Notes under the pieces: generated by a model
Told to the model about the DNA's origin: nothing
Databases searched by the model: none
Seen by the model: only the letters and a program-made list of their open reading frames with translations
Shown: piece by piece, positions 18,722 through 27,525 of the stretch
How the letters are laid out: each line of letters begins with the position of its first letter
Position numbering within the stretch: the first letter of the stretch is position 1
Translations under genes and position numbers: made by a program
Source of the DNA: a candidate division WOR-3 bacterium
GTDB lineage: Bacteria > Hydrothermota > Tepidihabitantia > Tepidihabitantales > Tepidihabitantaceae
Assembly (NCBI GenBank): GCA_037441285.1
Contig: JBBISL010000013.1
Span: 1,286 to 47,375, forward strand
DNA length: 46,090 nt
Direction: 5' to 3'

Positions 18722-19153
18722 TTCAATTTGGCTGATTTTTCTTAACCGGCGGCTGTGCCGTCCCCTAATAAAATCGGTTTTTAACCAGATGCGCACCATC
18801 TTTCTGGCCGATTGATAGTCAATCAGGTCGGCACCAAGACAGAGGATGTTGGCGTTGTTGTGCTCCCTCGACAGGCGTGCCATCTTGACACTGGTGCAGA
18901 GCGCGGCGCGAATCCAGGGCAGTTTGTTGGCGGCGATTGACATCCCAATGCCGGTGGCGCAAATCAAAATACCGCGAGCCGCTTTGCCTTTTGCCACGAG
19001 TCGGGCGACAGCAAAGGCGTAGTCCGGATAGTCAACCCTTGCCGCGGTGGTGGGTCCGGTGTCGATAATTTCATAGCCCTGCCTTTTGAGATACCGTTTC
19101 AGGTGCTCCTTGAGAGCGAAGCCGCGGTGGTCAGCGCCGAGTGCGATTTTCAC
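18698..19153 (-). CDS. rpiB: Ribose-5-phosphate isomerase B
   Basis: GADHRG, DYPD, CATGIGMSIAANK, REHNNAN, GRHSRR. Confidence 0.95.
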   Translation of the reverse strand: MKIALGADHRGFALKEHLKRYLKRQGYEIIDTGPTTAARVDYPDYAFAVARLVAKGKAARGILICATGIGMSIAANKLPWIRAALCTSVKMARLSREHNNANILCLGADLIDYQSARKMVRIWLKTDFIRGRHSRRLRKISQIESALQRDN

Positions 19154-20079
19154 TTTACGAAAGTGAGCCAGTTGTAACGGTCGGCTCTTTTCCCTTCAAT
19201 TAGGGCAAAGAACTCTTCCTGGAGGCGTTTGGTTATTGGACCGCACTTGCCGGTGCCGATGGTAATTTTGTCCACCGAGCGAATCGGGGTTACTTCGGCA
19301 GCGCTACCGGTAAAGAACAGTTCGTCAGCGAGATAGAGGAACTCGCGCAGCATACTGGTTTCCCGAACCTCGTAGCCCAGTTCGCGGGCAAGGGTAATTA
19401 TTGTGTCGCGGGTGATGCCGGGCAGAATCGTCGCATTGAGCGGCGGGGTGTAGATTATCCCTTTACGCACGGCAAAGATGTTCTCGCCCGAGCCTTCGGA
19501 GACAAACCCTGCGACATCAAGGGCGATGCCTTCAACAAACCCATAGGTCAGCGCTTCCATTTTAATCAACTGCGAATTCATATAGTTGGCGCAACACTTT
19601 GCCATTGCGGGAAAGGTGTTGGGTGCCATCCGGTTCCAGGAGGAGACCATGACATCGACCCCGTGCTCAAGCGCCTCGGGTCCGAGGTACTTGCCCCATT
19701 TCCAGGTGATGAGGGCAACCTCGACCGGACAGGTAAACGGATTGACACCCAGTTCCTGGTAGCCGCGATACACGATGGGTCGGATGTAGCATTCGTCCAG
19801 TTCGTTTTTCTTAATCAATTCCACGGTTGCCTGGTTGATTTCTTCTTTTGTGAACAGGATTTCCATCCGGTAAATCTTTGCCGAGTTGAAGAGCCTTTCG
19901 GTGTGGTCCTGGAGTCGGAAGACCGCCGGTCCTTTTGGTGTGTTGTAGCAACGCAACCCTTCAAATACGCCGGTGCCGTAGTGAATCACATGGGAGCAGA
20001 TGTGGATTTTTGCATCTTCCCATCGGACAAAGTTGCCGTTCATCCAGATGAATTTTGACTTGGTCTGTTCTAAACCCAT
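19150..20079 (-). CDS. ilvE: Branched-chain amino acid aminotransferase
   Basis: HYGTGVFEG, EGSGENIF, ILPGITR, ADELFFTGSAAEVTP; AGGAGG RBS. Confidence 0.95.
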   Translation of the reverse strand: MGLEQTKSKFIWMNGNFVRWEDAKIHICSHVIHYGTGVFEGLRCYNTPKGPAVFRLQDHTERLFNSAKIYRMEILFTKEEINQATVELIKKNELDECYIRPIVYRGYQELGVNPFTCPVEVALITWKWGKYLGPEALEHGVDVMVSSWNRMAPNTFPAMAKCCANYMNSQLIKMEALTYGFVEGIALDVAGFVSEGSGENIFAVRKGIIYTPPLNATILPGITRDTIITLARELGYEVRETSMLREFLYLADELFFTGSAAEVTPIRSVDKITIGTGKCGPITKRLQEEFFALIEGKRADRYNWLTFVK

Positions 20080-20090
20080 TGCGCCTCCTT

Positions 20091-20156
20091 TTAAAATAAA
20101 AGCGGGACCTTGCGGTCCCGCCGGCTGCTTTTAGTTACGATAATCAACAGTATCAC
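20091..20156 (-). CDS. Putative ilvE leader peptide (VILLIIV...)
   Basis: Seven consecutive Val/Ile/Leu codons (20156-20136). The frame runs through the terminator and stops at TAA next to the ilvE RBS. Start uncertain. Confidence 0.45.
   Translation of the reverse strand: MILLIIVTKSSRRDRKVPLLF
20097..20121 (-). terminator. Intrinsic terminator/attenuator between tRNA and ilvE
   Basis: Minus strand GCGGGACC-gcaa-GGTCCCGC-TTTTATTTT. Confidence 0.8.
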
Positions 20157-20179
20157 TGGTTCGAACCGCGTTTTATTAA

Positions 20180-20252
20180 TGGTGGCGAAGGGAATCGAAC
20201 CCCTGACCCGTGGATTATGATTCCACTGCTCTGCCATCTGAGCTACGCCACC
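20180..20252 (-). tRNA. tRNA-Met(CAT), elongator type, CCA not encoded
   Basis: GGTGGCGTAGCTCAG...GTGGA-ATCATAA-TCCAC...GGTTCGATT...CGCCACCA cloverleaf. Promoter TTGACT-16-TAAAAT lies upstream. Confidence 0.93.
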
Positions 20253-20412
20253 AGACACTTTTCCATTTTAATCAGTTGAACGGTAAAGTCAAGCGGATTG
20301 GGTCAGGGTTGACGGCGGCAAAGGCTTATCGAACCGTTCAGGCGGGTTAAGAAACAGAGCCGGGTTGTAAATTTGACTTTGGTTAATCGGAACGGTAAGA
20401 TTTCAACCCGAT

Positions 20413-21171
20413 ATGAAGGGCAAAAAACCGCTGATACTGATTACGAACGACGACGGCATCAAGGCACCGGGGATTAAGGAGCTCTACGATGGCTTGCAGG
20501 GGCTGGGACGGCGTTATGTGGTGGCGCCCGCGGTCAATCAGTCAGCGGCAAGTCATTCGTTTTCATTGCGCAAACCAATCCGGGTGCGGCGGGTGCGGCC
20601 CGGCTGGTTTGCGGTTGACGGAACACCGACCGATTGTGTTCTGATTTCCCATCACGGTATTTTGAAAAGGGAGATTGACCTGGTTGTTTCGGGCATCAAT
20701 GACAGTCCGAATATGGGCGATGATGTACTGTATTCGGGTACGGTCGCGGCGGCGATTGAAGGCGCATTGCTCGGTGTGCCGGCGGTTGCGGTCTCCTATC
20801 TGAAGGCGGGTGTGAATCGGGAGCCGGCGCTGGCGTTTCTGCGGGCACTGGTGCCGCTTTTGCTCGAGGGGTTACTTCCGAGAAAGAGTTTGCTCAATGT
20901 AAATGTGCCGGCAGAACCGGTGTGCGGGGTGAAGGTGACCCGGCTGGGAAGACGGATTTATCGGGATATGGCGGTCAAGGTGAGTTTGCCCGATGGCGGT
21001 GTTTCCTGGACGATTGATGGCGAGATGGGTTTTGCCCGAACCCGGGGTTCGGATTTTGAGGCGGTTTATGCCGGCTACATTTCGGTCACACCGTTGCATC
21101 TTGATATGACGCACCATCAGGAGGTTTCCCGATTGGAGCGGGCGTTTCGGCGTCTGGGGTTGACCGATTAG
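20413..21171 (+). CDS. surE: 5'/3'-nucleotidase SurE
   Basis: ILITNDDG, GTPTDC, VVSGIN, YSGTVAAA, ISVTPL. Confidence 0.95.
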   Translation: MKGKKPLILITNDDGIKAPGIKELYDGLQGLGRRYVVAPAVNQSAASHSFSLRKPIRVRRVRPGWFAVDGTPTDCVLISHHGILKREIDLVVSGINDSPNMGDDVLYSGTVAAAIEGALLGVPAVAVSYLKAGVNREPALAFLRALVPLLLEGLLPRKSLLNVNVPAEPVCGVKVTRLGRRIYRDMAVKVSLPDGGVSWTIDGEMGFARTRGSDFEAVYAGYISVTPLHLDMTHHQEVSRLERAFRRLGLTD

Positions 21172-21516
21172 AGAACCGCCGCAGCGATAAAGGGTGCAGA
21201 GATTTCATGGGCAATAGCCCGGAATTGGCTATGCGGAGAAAAGCGGTTCTGGTGGCTGTTTCGCGGCAGCGGGTAAGTATACTTTAAAGTATAAGGGTGA
21301 TATTTACGGTCAACCGCATAAGTATTTGTATTTAGATTGGTTAGTCTGCCGGGGACAAATTTTCCCTATCTATCCCCGGGGTAGTATCCGGGATGGTATG
21401 GGAAATTGAGATTTATGGGGCTTCGGGCTTGTTTCGGATAAAAGATGCAGGTTTAGTTGTGGGGGAAGAGCAGGCTGGTGCCTGAGGTTAACCAATCGCG
21501 AGGAGCAGGGTTAGGT

Positions 21517-23487
21517 TTAACGATTGAAAACGGTGCGGGCGGTAATAGAGTTACCGCTGGCATCGGTCGCCCAAACCGCAATGGTGTTAATGCCGGGTAC
21601 CAGTTGCAGAGAATAGGAGAAGAGCTCTTGCTGGGAGTCGTAGATTCCGTCGCGGGGTTCAAGCGGAATCCAGGGTCCGGCGTTGAGAGAAATTCGGCAA
21701 AAGACAATCGGCGAGAGGGCGTCGCTTACTTTCCAGTGGACCGTGGCGGATGACGGTGGTGAGCGTTGCGGTTCCACTTTTAAGCCAGAAATCTGGGGTG
21801 GGGTGTTGTCAATCAAAAAAACCGGGGACAAGCGCTCCTGAGTCAGGGCAGAGTTTGCCGGACGGTCGATGCGGTCCGAAGCGACAAGGCGGAGCCGGTA
21901 CCAGCCATCGGGCAAAGTGCGGGTGTCAAGTTCGTAACGGGTTTCGGTCTGGTTGTCTTTCAGTTTTTGAGCCGGAACGCGGGCGCCAGGTTGTGCGGTA
22001 TCGACCGGCAGGATAAACAACTGGAAAACAAGCGAATCACCGTCCGGGTCAGAGGCGTCCCAGGAGATGTTACGCCGGGGTTCGGCATTACCCTTGCGGG
22101 CGTCTGGTTCAGAGGGTGCGGCAATTTCCAGCCGGGAAATTGAAGGCGGGCGGTTTACCGCCGCATAGTAGATGTCCACCCGTTCCAGTTCCGGGGTGAT
22201 GTTAGGGAAACGGCTAATCAGGTCTGCCCGCCACTGCAAAAATCTTGCGGGTGGAGAGTTGACTTTGTCCGGTGCCGGTTGCCAGGGGCTCCAGGTTGAG
22301 TCCGGTTTTTCCGAGTTGCCCGAGCGGGTGGCGAAGTGGATTTCGCTGCCGGCCGGGATGCGGGCGAAGTAATCAAGGTGGCCGAAGCGTGCCGGGTTGG
22401 CAAGGTCAAAGGGCAAACTGGTAATAAAGCCGGAGTCGGCATAAGAAGGGGCGAGGCGATAGATGCGGCAGGGGTTGCCGGTGCCGATGTAGGTGTTTTC
22501 TTTCTGGGGCAAGAGGGCAATCAACTGGCGGGCGTCGAGCCGGGCAAGCAGGGTTGGGTTACCAGCCGAGTCAAAGGAGTAAACGATGCCCCGGTTGCCG
22601 GTCAGGACATACAGTTGATTTTCCCGGAAGTGGATGTTAAAAATCACCGAGTCCGGGCAGTACCACTGCCAGCGCAGGATGCCGCTTGTGTCAACACAGA
22701 AGACCGCGGGTTGCGAATCTTGGTCCGGGTTGGCGGCGAGATAGATGTTGCCTTTGCCGTCAAAGGCTAAAGCGCGGATTTCATTTAACGGGGTGTCGTA
22801 AAAGGTTGTTACCGATGGTTTTCCCGTACCGTAAGGGAAAGTCAGCCGATAGACGATACCATCGGGTGAGGTGCCGATAAGCAGTTCTTTGCCCTCTTTG
22901 AGCCAGCGCAGTGTGGTGAGGTGCGCCTGGGTAGCGGTAAACAGGACCTCCTTTCTGCGGTCCGGGAACACCCGCAGGAGTTTGCCCTCGGGACCGGTAG
23001 CACAGAGTAGCGAACGGTCGGGCGCGACGAGAAGGGCAAAAATGTAGGTGGCATCGGTCGCGGTGATTTGTTCCACTTCAGCACCAGGGTAAAGGCGGTA
23101 GATGTTACCTTCGGGTGTTGTGCCCCAGTAGAGCGTGCCGTCCGCCCCAATGGTCAAAGCGGTGATGGCACCTTCGGTACCGGACCAGACCGAATCGAGC
23201 CGGTTGGTTCGGAGCGAGTAGCGGTAAAGTTTTGCCCGGTCACCGGTGCCGAGATAGAGCGAGTTGTGCCGGTCCGCGATGATTTGCCAGATTGCGGTTT
23301 CGTCAAGGGAGCAGAGCGGAATCAGGGCGGGGGAAAGTTTTATCGCACCGATTGCCGGTAACTGGACATTCTGAAAATCAATTTTGTCTATGTTGTCGAG
23401 AAGTCCTTCGGTACCGGTGGTTGTCCAGACTGCCGCGTAAGCGGCAACGGCAACGAACGCCAGAAGGCATAAGGTTAAAGATTTCAT
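21517..23487 (-). CDS. Secreted beta-propeller (WD40-like) protein with C-terminal Ig/Fn3-like domains
   Basis: Signal peptide; repeated LY.GT..G.IY units; TRSGNSEKPD.TWSPW; DPDGD; IDNTPP. Confidence 0.8.
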   Translation of the reverse strand: MKSLTLCLLAFVAVAAYAAVWTTTGTEGLLDNIDKIDFQNVQLPAIGAIKLSPALIPLCSLDETAIWQIIADRHNSLYLGTGDRAKLYRYSLRTNRLDSVWSGTEGAITALTIGADGTLYWGTTPEGNIYRLYPGAEVEQITATDATYIFALLVAPDRSLLCATGPEGKLLRVFPDRRKEVLFTATQAHLTTLRWLKEGKELLIGTSPDGIVYRLTFPYGTGKPSVTTFYDTPLNEIRALAFDGKGNIYLAANPDQDSQPAVFCVDTSGILRWQWYCPDSVIFNIHFRENQLYVLTGNRGIVYSFDSAGNPTLLARLDARQLIALLPQKENTYIGTGNPCRIYRLAPSYADSGFITSLPFDLANPARFGHLDYFARIPAGSEIHFATRSGNSEKPDSTWSPWQPAPDKVNSPPARFLQWRADLISRFPNITPELERVDIYYAAVNRPPSISRLEIAAPSEPDARKGNAEPRRNISWDASDPDGDSLVFQLFILPVDTAQPGARVPAQKLKDNQTETRYELDTRTLPDGWYRLRLVASDRIDRPANSALTQERLSPVFLIDNTPPQISGLKVEPQRSPPSSATVHWKVSDALSPIVFCRISLNAGPWIPLEPRDGIYDSQQELFSYSLQLVPGINTIAVWATDASGNSITARTVFNR

Positions 23488-25214
23488 TTGACCTCCAGGT
23501 CAAAACTTACCGACCCTTGAATCACCCGGTTGAGTTTCACCGGAAGTTTGAAGAGCAGACTGTTGGGCACCGGCTGGGCACGACCGCCTTTTTGACTTGA
23601 GGGAAAAATCTGGCGGATTGAGGGAGGTGGATTGGGCATTTCCTGTTCACCGAGCGCCAGCGCCGGCTGGGCAAGAAAGCCGGCAACAATCAGTTCGTCC
23701 TCCCTTCCCGACTCCTCAAGCAGTTTTAACAGCTGGGTGAGCGATACCGGGTTTGCGGTCCGGGGCAGGCGCTGGATTTGCTGGTTAAGGAACTCGTCGG
23801 CGCCGGTCAGGGTGACATTGATGGTACCGGGCGGTGTTGTTGCCGGGATGGGAAGTTTGACCGTCTGTTCGGTTTCGGCGCCCCGATAGTCCCGGAGTTC
23901 AAGATGGATAAGAAGCGTTTCACCCGGATGAACCCAGGTGCGTTCCGGCACCGCGGCAATCAGTTCGGCGCTGGTGCGTCCGGGGTTGATGTTGATTGTT
24001 GCCTCGACCGTTTCGAGCGCCACCGGTTTAATGTCGTTTGCAAACAAAAGTTTCAACTCGTTGCGGGTGTTTTCAAACAGGGCAGGAACCGGGTTGATAC
24101 CGGCAAAGGTGTGACGAATGCGGGCGGTGGTTCCATCGGTAAAGTGTAAATCGAGGCGGCTGTTTAATGTCAACTCTTCGAGCATACCTTCGGTCTGTAA
24201 CACCGCTTCGGCAATCCCGATAGGCAGAAATTCCTGGGTGAGTTGTTCATGGAGGGCGACGCGAAAGTTGTAGGTGTCCCGGGTTTTCGGTGAGTTGACG
24301 ATGACCCGAACCGGTAGCATTGGGGCAGGCGTTCCCATAATACCGGCGATACCGGGTGCTCGGTCCTGAGTAATGGTACCGATTGGAGTTCCAGGGGAAA
24401 AGAGTTTGAACGAGGTGGCAAGGGAGGGCAGAACCGAATGAATGACACCACCGGTCATTGGCAGTCGGACATCACCGCCGAGAAAAAATGGGTGACCAAA
24501 GGCAAGAATCTGGTTTCCTTCCCGATAGGTAATCGTGCCCACCGCGGCGGCGCGCACATCGCCATCAATCAAGGAGACACCAATCACGCCGCCCGGCACA
24601 AAGGCTGAGGTGTCGGTTGGGCTGGTGCCGCTGGCGCCGGCAACCGGTTTCATACCCAAGGCGGTCAGGGATGAAGTGAGGAGTTGTTCCAGTTCCGGGT
24701 TGAGACCGGAGATGGCAACCGGGATGGGCAGATGGGGTAAATTCGAGCGTGCTGCGCCGGAGCGCGGGCGCGCGCCGGGTTGCGCCTTCCAGATGTCAAG
24801 CATCTCGTGAATCGGTGTGACACCGGCAATCGGTTCTTTTGCCCAGGACCAGGCATAGGCAACCGCACCCAAAAGTTTGCCATTGATGTAAACCGGGCTT
24901 CCGGACATTCCGGCGATGACACCCGAATTTTCCAGCCCAGCACCCGAGAGCCGGCAGAGAACAAGGTCACCGCGCGGGGAAATTTTGTGCATCACATCAA
25001 GCACCTCAACCTGAAAGGTGTCAATCTTTGTGCCCGAGAAAACCGAAAGCCCGAAACCTTGCATCCCGGGTTTAACACTGTCCACGGACAAAAAAGATGC
25101 GGCGAGCGCAATCGGACACAGGACAATAAAAAGCAGGATGGGACAAACTGCCCCTACCCGGGAGCACAGCGCAGTGTGCCGGTAAATGGTCCTATTGCTG
25201 AACGATTTGCGCAT
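23484..25214 (-). CDS. SpoIVB-like peptidase S55 domain protein
   Basis: GMSGSPVY catalytic motif, AFGHPF. Start taken as ATG 25214 rather than 25334 to limit overlap. Confidence 0.85.
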   Translation of the reverse strand: MRKSFSNRTIYRHTALCSRVGAVCPILLFIVLCPIALAASFLSVDSVKPGMQGFGLSVFSGTKIDTFQVEVLDVMHKISPRGDLVLCRLSGAGLENSGVIAGMSGSPVYINGKLLGAVAYAWSWAKEPIAGVTPIHEMLDIWKAQPGARPRSGAARSNLPHLPIPVAISGLNPELEQLLTSSLTALGMKPVAGASGTSPTDTSAFVPGGVIGVSLIDGDVRAAAVGTITYREGNQILAFGHPFFLGGDVRLPMTGGVIHSVLPSLATSFKLFSPGTPIGTITQDRAPGIAGIMGTPAPMLPVRVIVNSPKTRDTYNFRVALHEQLTQEFLPIGIAEAVLQTEGMLEELTLNSRLDLHFTDGTTARIRHTFAGINPVPALFENTRNELKLLFANDIKPVALETVEATININPGRTSAELIAAVPERTWVHPGETLLIHLELRDYRGAETEQTVKLPIPATTPPGTINVTLTGADEFLNQQIQRLPRTANPVSLTQLLKLLEESGREDELIVAGFLAQPALALGEQEMPNPPPSIRQIFPSSQKGGRAQPVPNSLLFKLPVKLNRVIQGSVSFDLEVK

Positions 25215-25782
25215 ACTCCCGGGCAAGGGTGGTGACCTCCCGGACAATTTCGACCGGGTCGGTGCCGACGATAACAAACAGCGGTTCCTTTCCCCAGCCC
25301 CGGGTTTCGTAAAAAATCTCGGGGACAGTGCCACCGGTGCCGGCGAGCAGTTCTTTTACCTTCCAGGGGATTGACATCCGGTCCTGACCAATTACCGTTG
25401 CCGGTTCTTTTGTTCGGTCAATCACGCCGAGCCTTTTTCCGTGCCGCTCGGCCCAGGCAGAGACAAAACTGAGTATCTGTTCATTCCAGCGAAAGTTGAG
25501 GGCGGTGCGGATTGCGGGCTGATGCTGGCGTAACTCAAGAACGAGGCGGGCAAGATGGTCCGAGGCGCCAAAACGGAGTGGACCACTGGCTTTGGGTTTA
25601 CCATTGACCACGGTAATTCTCCCATCAACCGCGAGGACATCAGCCGGGGTTCGGGCATCAACCGGGCAGAAGACGATGTTGGTGCGGACCTCGGGAATCA
25701 GGAGGGCAAACTCGGGGCAGGATTCAAGAAGCGCGACCGCGGCGCCAAGCCGTGCGACAACCTCTTTTGGCTGGTCACTCAT
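25192..25782 (-). CDS. thiN: ThiN-type thiamine-phosphate synthase domain protein
   Basis: LIPEVRTNI, DVLAVDGRI, FGASDHLAR, DRTKEP, GWGKEP motifs. Confidence 0.8.
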   Translation of the reverse strand: MSDQPKEVVARLGAAVALLESCPEFALLIPEVRTNIVFCPVDARTPADVLAVDGRITVVNGKPKASGPLRFGASDHLARLVLELRQHQPAIRTALNFRWNEQILSFVSAWAERHGKRLGVIDRTKEPATVIGQDRMSIPWKVKELLAGTGGTVPEIFYETRGWGKEPLFVIVGTDPVEIVREVTTLAREYAQIVQQ

Positions 25783-26819
25783 TTCATCACCGCCTTAAAA
25801 TACGCCTGCCAGAACGGGTCTTCCTTTACCGGTAGCAGCGGCTCTTCTTTGCCGTTGCGCCGGACAAAACGCCGGGTACCCTTTGTGAACTCGCCGATTT
25901 CAAACAACGGTAGTTCTGCCTGGGCGGCAGCAGCCTTTAACTCATTAACTTTTTCCGGCGGCACCGCCGCAACCAGCGTCCCTTCGCTGATTGCGACCAG
26001 CGGGTCAATCTTGAAATAGGTACACACCTGCTTGACCTCATCAAGAGTAACAATCTTTTCTTCATAGACTGTAACCCCGGCGCCGCTTGCCTCTGCCATT
26101 TCGTAGACCCCGCCCAGGAGCCCGCCTTCGGTGGCATCGTGCATCGCCCGGGCATAACCCCGGCACAGCAGCGCATCCGGCACCACCGTCATCTGATAAA
26201 ACAGTTCTTTAGCGCGCTCAACCACTTCAGTACCGAGTTTTCCCTTTAACTCTGTTTCGGCTTGAAGGGCGAGGATTGCCGTGGCTTCAATCGCCGGTCC
26301 TTTGGTTACAACCAGAACATCGCCCGGTTTTGCCGCAGAAGCCGGGGTGAGTTCGCTTTCATTGCCCATTCCCCAGACGGTGCAGCCGCCATTCAACGGA
26401 TAGGCGATTCCGGGATAGACACCAGTATGGCCACCGACGATGGCGATTCCCAGTTTCTTGCACTCCGCGTCCACCTGGCGCCAGATGTTCTCCAGCACCG
26501 CGGGTTCGGTTTCCGGTGGTAATAGAAGACAGATAGAAAGAAATTGGGGTTTAATCCCAATCACGGCAACATCGCTGGCACAGATGTGGACGATGCCCCA
26601 GCCGAGATTGGAAAGCAGAACCGGCATCCCGAAAGTCGGGTCTTCGGCAACCGCCATCACCCGGCGCGTTCCTGCCGGCGCATCATCCAGGGCAATAACC
26701 GCAGCGTCAACGCCGTGCCGGGGACCAAGAAGAACCCGGGGCGATTCGGCACCGAGATTGGGGAAGATAAACCTTTCAAACGATTCGGTATCAAGCTTGC
26801 CAATTCTTGGTAGAGTCAT
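25779..26819 (-). CDS. AIR-synthase-related (PurM/HypE/ThiL superfamily) protein
   Basis: GKL, GVDAAV, EDP, SDVA, IVGGHT, AMHDATEGG, ISEGTL. Confidence 0.88.
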   Translation of the reverse strand: MTLPRIGKLDTESFERFIFPNLGAESPRVLLGPRHGVDAAVIALDDAPAGTRRVMAVAEDPTFGMPVLLSNLGWGIVHICASDVAVIGIKPQFLSICLLLPPETEPAVLENIWRQVDAECKKLGIAIVGGHTGVYPGIAYPLNGGCTVWGMGNESELTPASAAKPGDVLVVTKGPAIEATAILALQAETELKGKLGTEVVERAKELFYQMTVVPDALLCRGYARAMHDATEGGLLGGVYEMAEASGAGVTVYEEKIVTLDEVKQVCTYFKIDPLVAISEGTLVAAVPPEKVNELKAAAAQAELPLFEIGEFTKGTRRFVRRNGKEEPLLPVKEDPFWQAYFKAVMK

Positions 26820-26863
26820 AATTTATTTTACATTTACTCACCGGACTGTCAAGCCTGACATTA

Positions 26864-27517
26864 TTAGAAGGACTCTTCCCCGCGGGCAGCGGCTTCGACC
26901 GCGGCGCGGACATCCTTCAAATCTTTAAGGTTTAAAAGTGTTACCCCCAATCCCAGCGAAGGCGGTCGTAACCTTACTCCGGACAATAAACTCATTATCT
27001 CCACCCGTTCGATTGGTCCGTACTTCTGAAAGAATTCGGGTGTCAACAGGTCGTGCAGGTTCTGCCAGCCCAGGGGCGTAAGTTTTGGTGTTGAACCAAC
27101 CAGGAGGACGCCATCGGCTTTAAGTCCGAGGGAGACCGCATCCCGGTAGTAGTTAACGAGGGCAATTTTATTCTGCGGGTCGGATATAAACCAGGCGGTT
27201 TTCGCCGCTGGGTTGAAGGCAAGATAGAGTTCAAGATGGCCATAGGTGGACCGGAAGTTTTGCGGGAGGGGGGTTTTGTTGATAAAGGCGTTGTCGTAGA
27301 ACTGCTTGAGCAGGGCAGAGTTGCTCAGGGTTTTTTGCGCCGCCTTGTCGGCATGGATGCGGTTGTAGCCATAGTTGTTCATTATGTTGTTCAGGGCGTC
27401 AACCGATTCAAAGCGGGGAAGTGTTGCGAGCATCAAACCACAGCCGATACGAGGGCTGATACGGTTGATGTTGACCTCAATTGAGCGGTGGGCGTCAAGG
27501 CGCAGTTTTTCGGGAAT
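26864..27517 (-). CDS. Hypothetical protein (candidate ATT start)
   Basis: Open frame with coding-like codon usage. AGGAGG is followed 4 nt later by in-frame ATT at 27517; the next TTG/ATG is at 27436/27433. Confidence 0.6.
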   Translation of the reverse strand: MPEKLRLDAHRSIEVNINRISPRIGCGLMLATLPRFESVDALNNIMNNYGYNRIHADKAAQKTLSNSALLKQFYDNAFINKTPLPQNFRSTYGHLELYLAFNPAAKTAWFISDPQNKIALVNYYRDAVSLGLKADGVLLVGSTPKLTPLGWQNLHDLLTPEFFQKYGPIERVEIMSLLSGVRLRPPSLGLGVTLLNLKDLKDVRAAVEAAARGEESF

Positions 27518-27525
27518 AGTGCCTC

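Noticed and set aside
20209..20227. Purine at tRNA position 32 as an anomaly, or tRNA-Ile2/initiator identity
   Set aside because: GGAATCATAATCC arms occur in ordinary elongator tRNA-Met. The paired G1-C72 and absence of three consecutive G-C pairs in the anticodon stem exclude initiator; Ile2 is not fully excluded.
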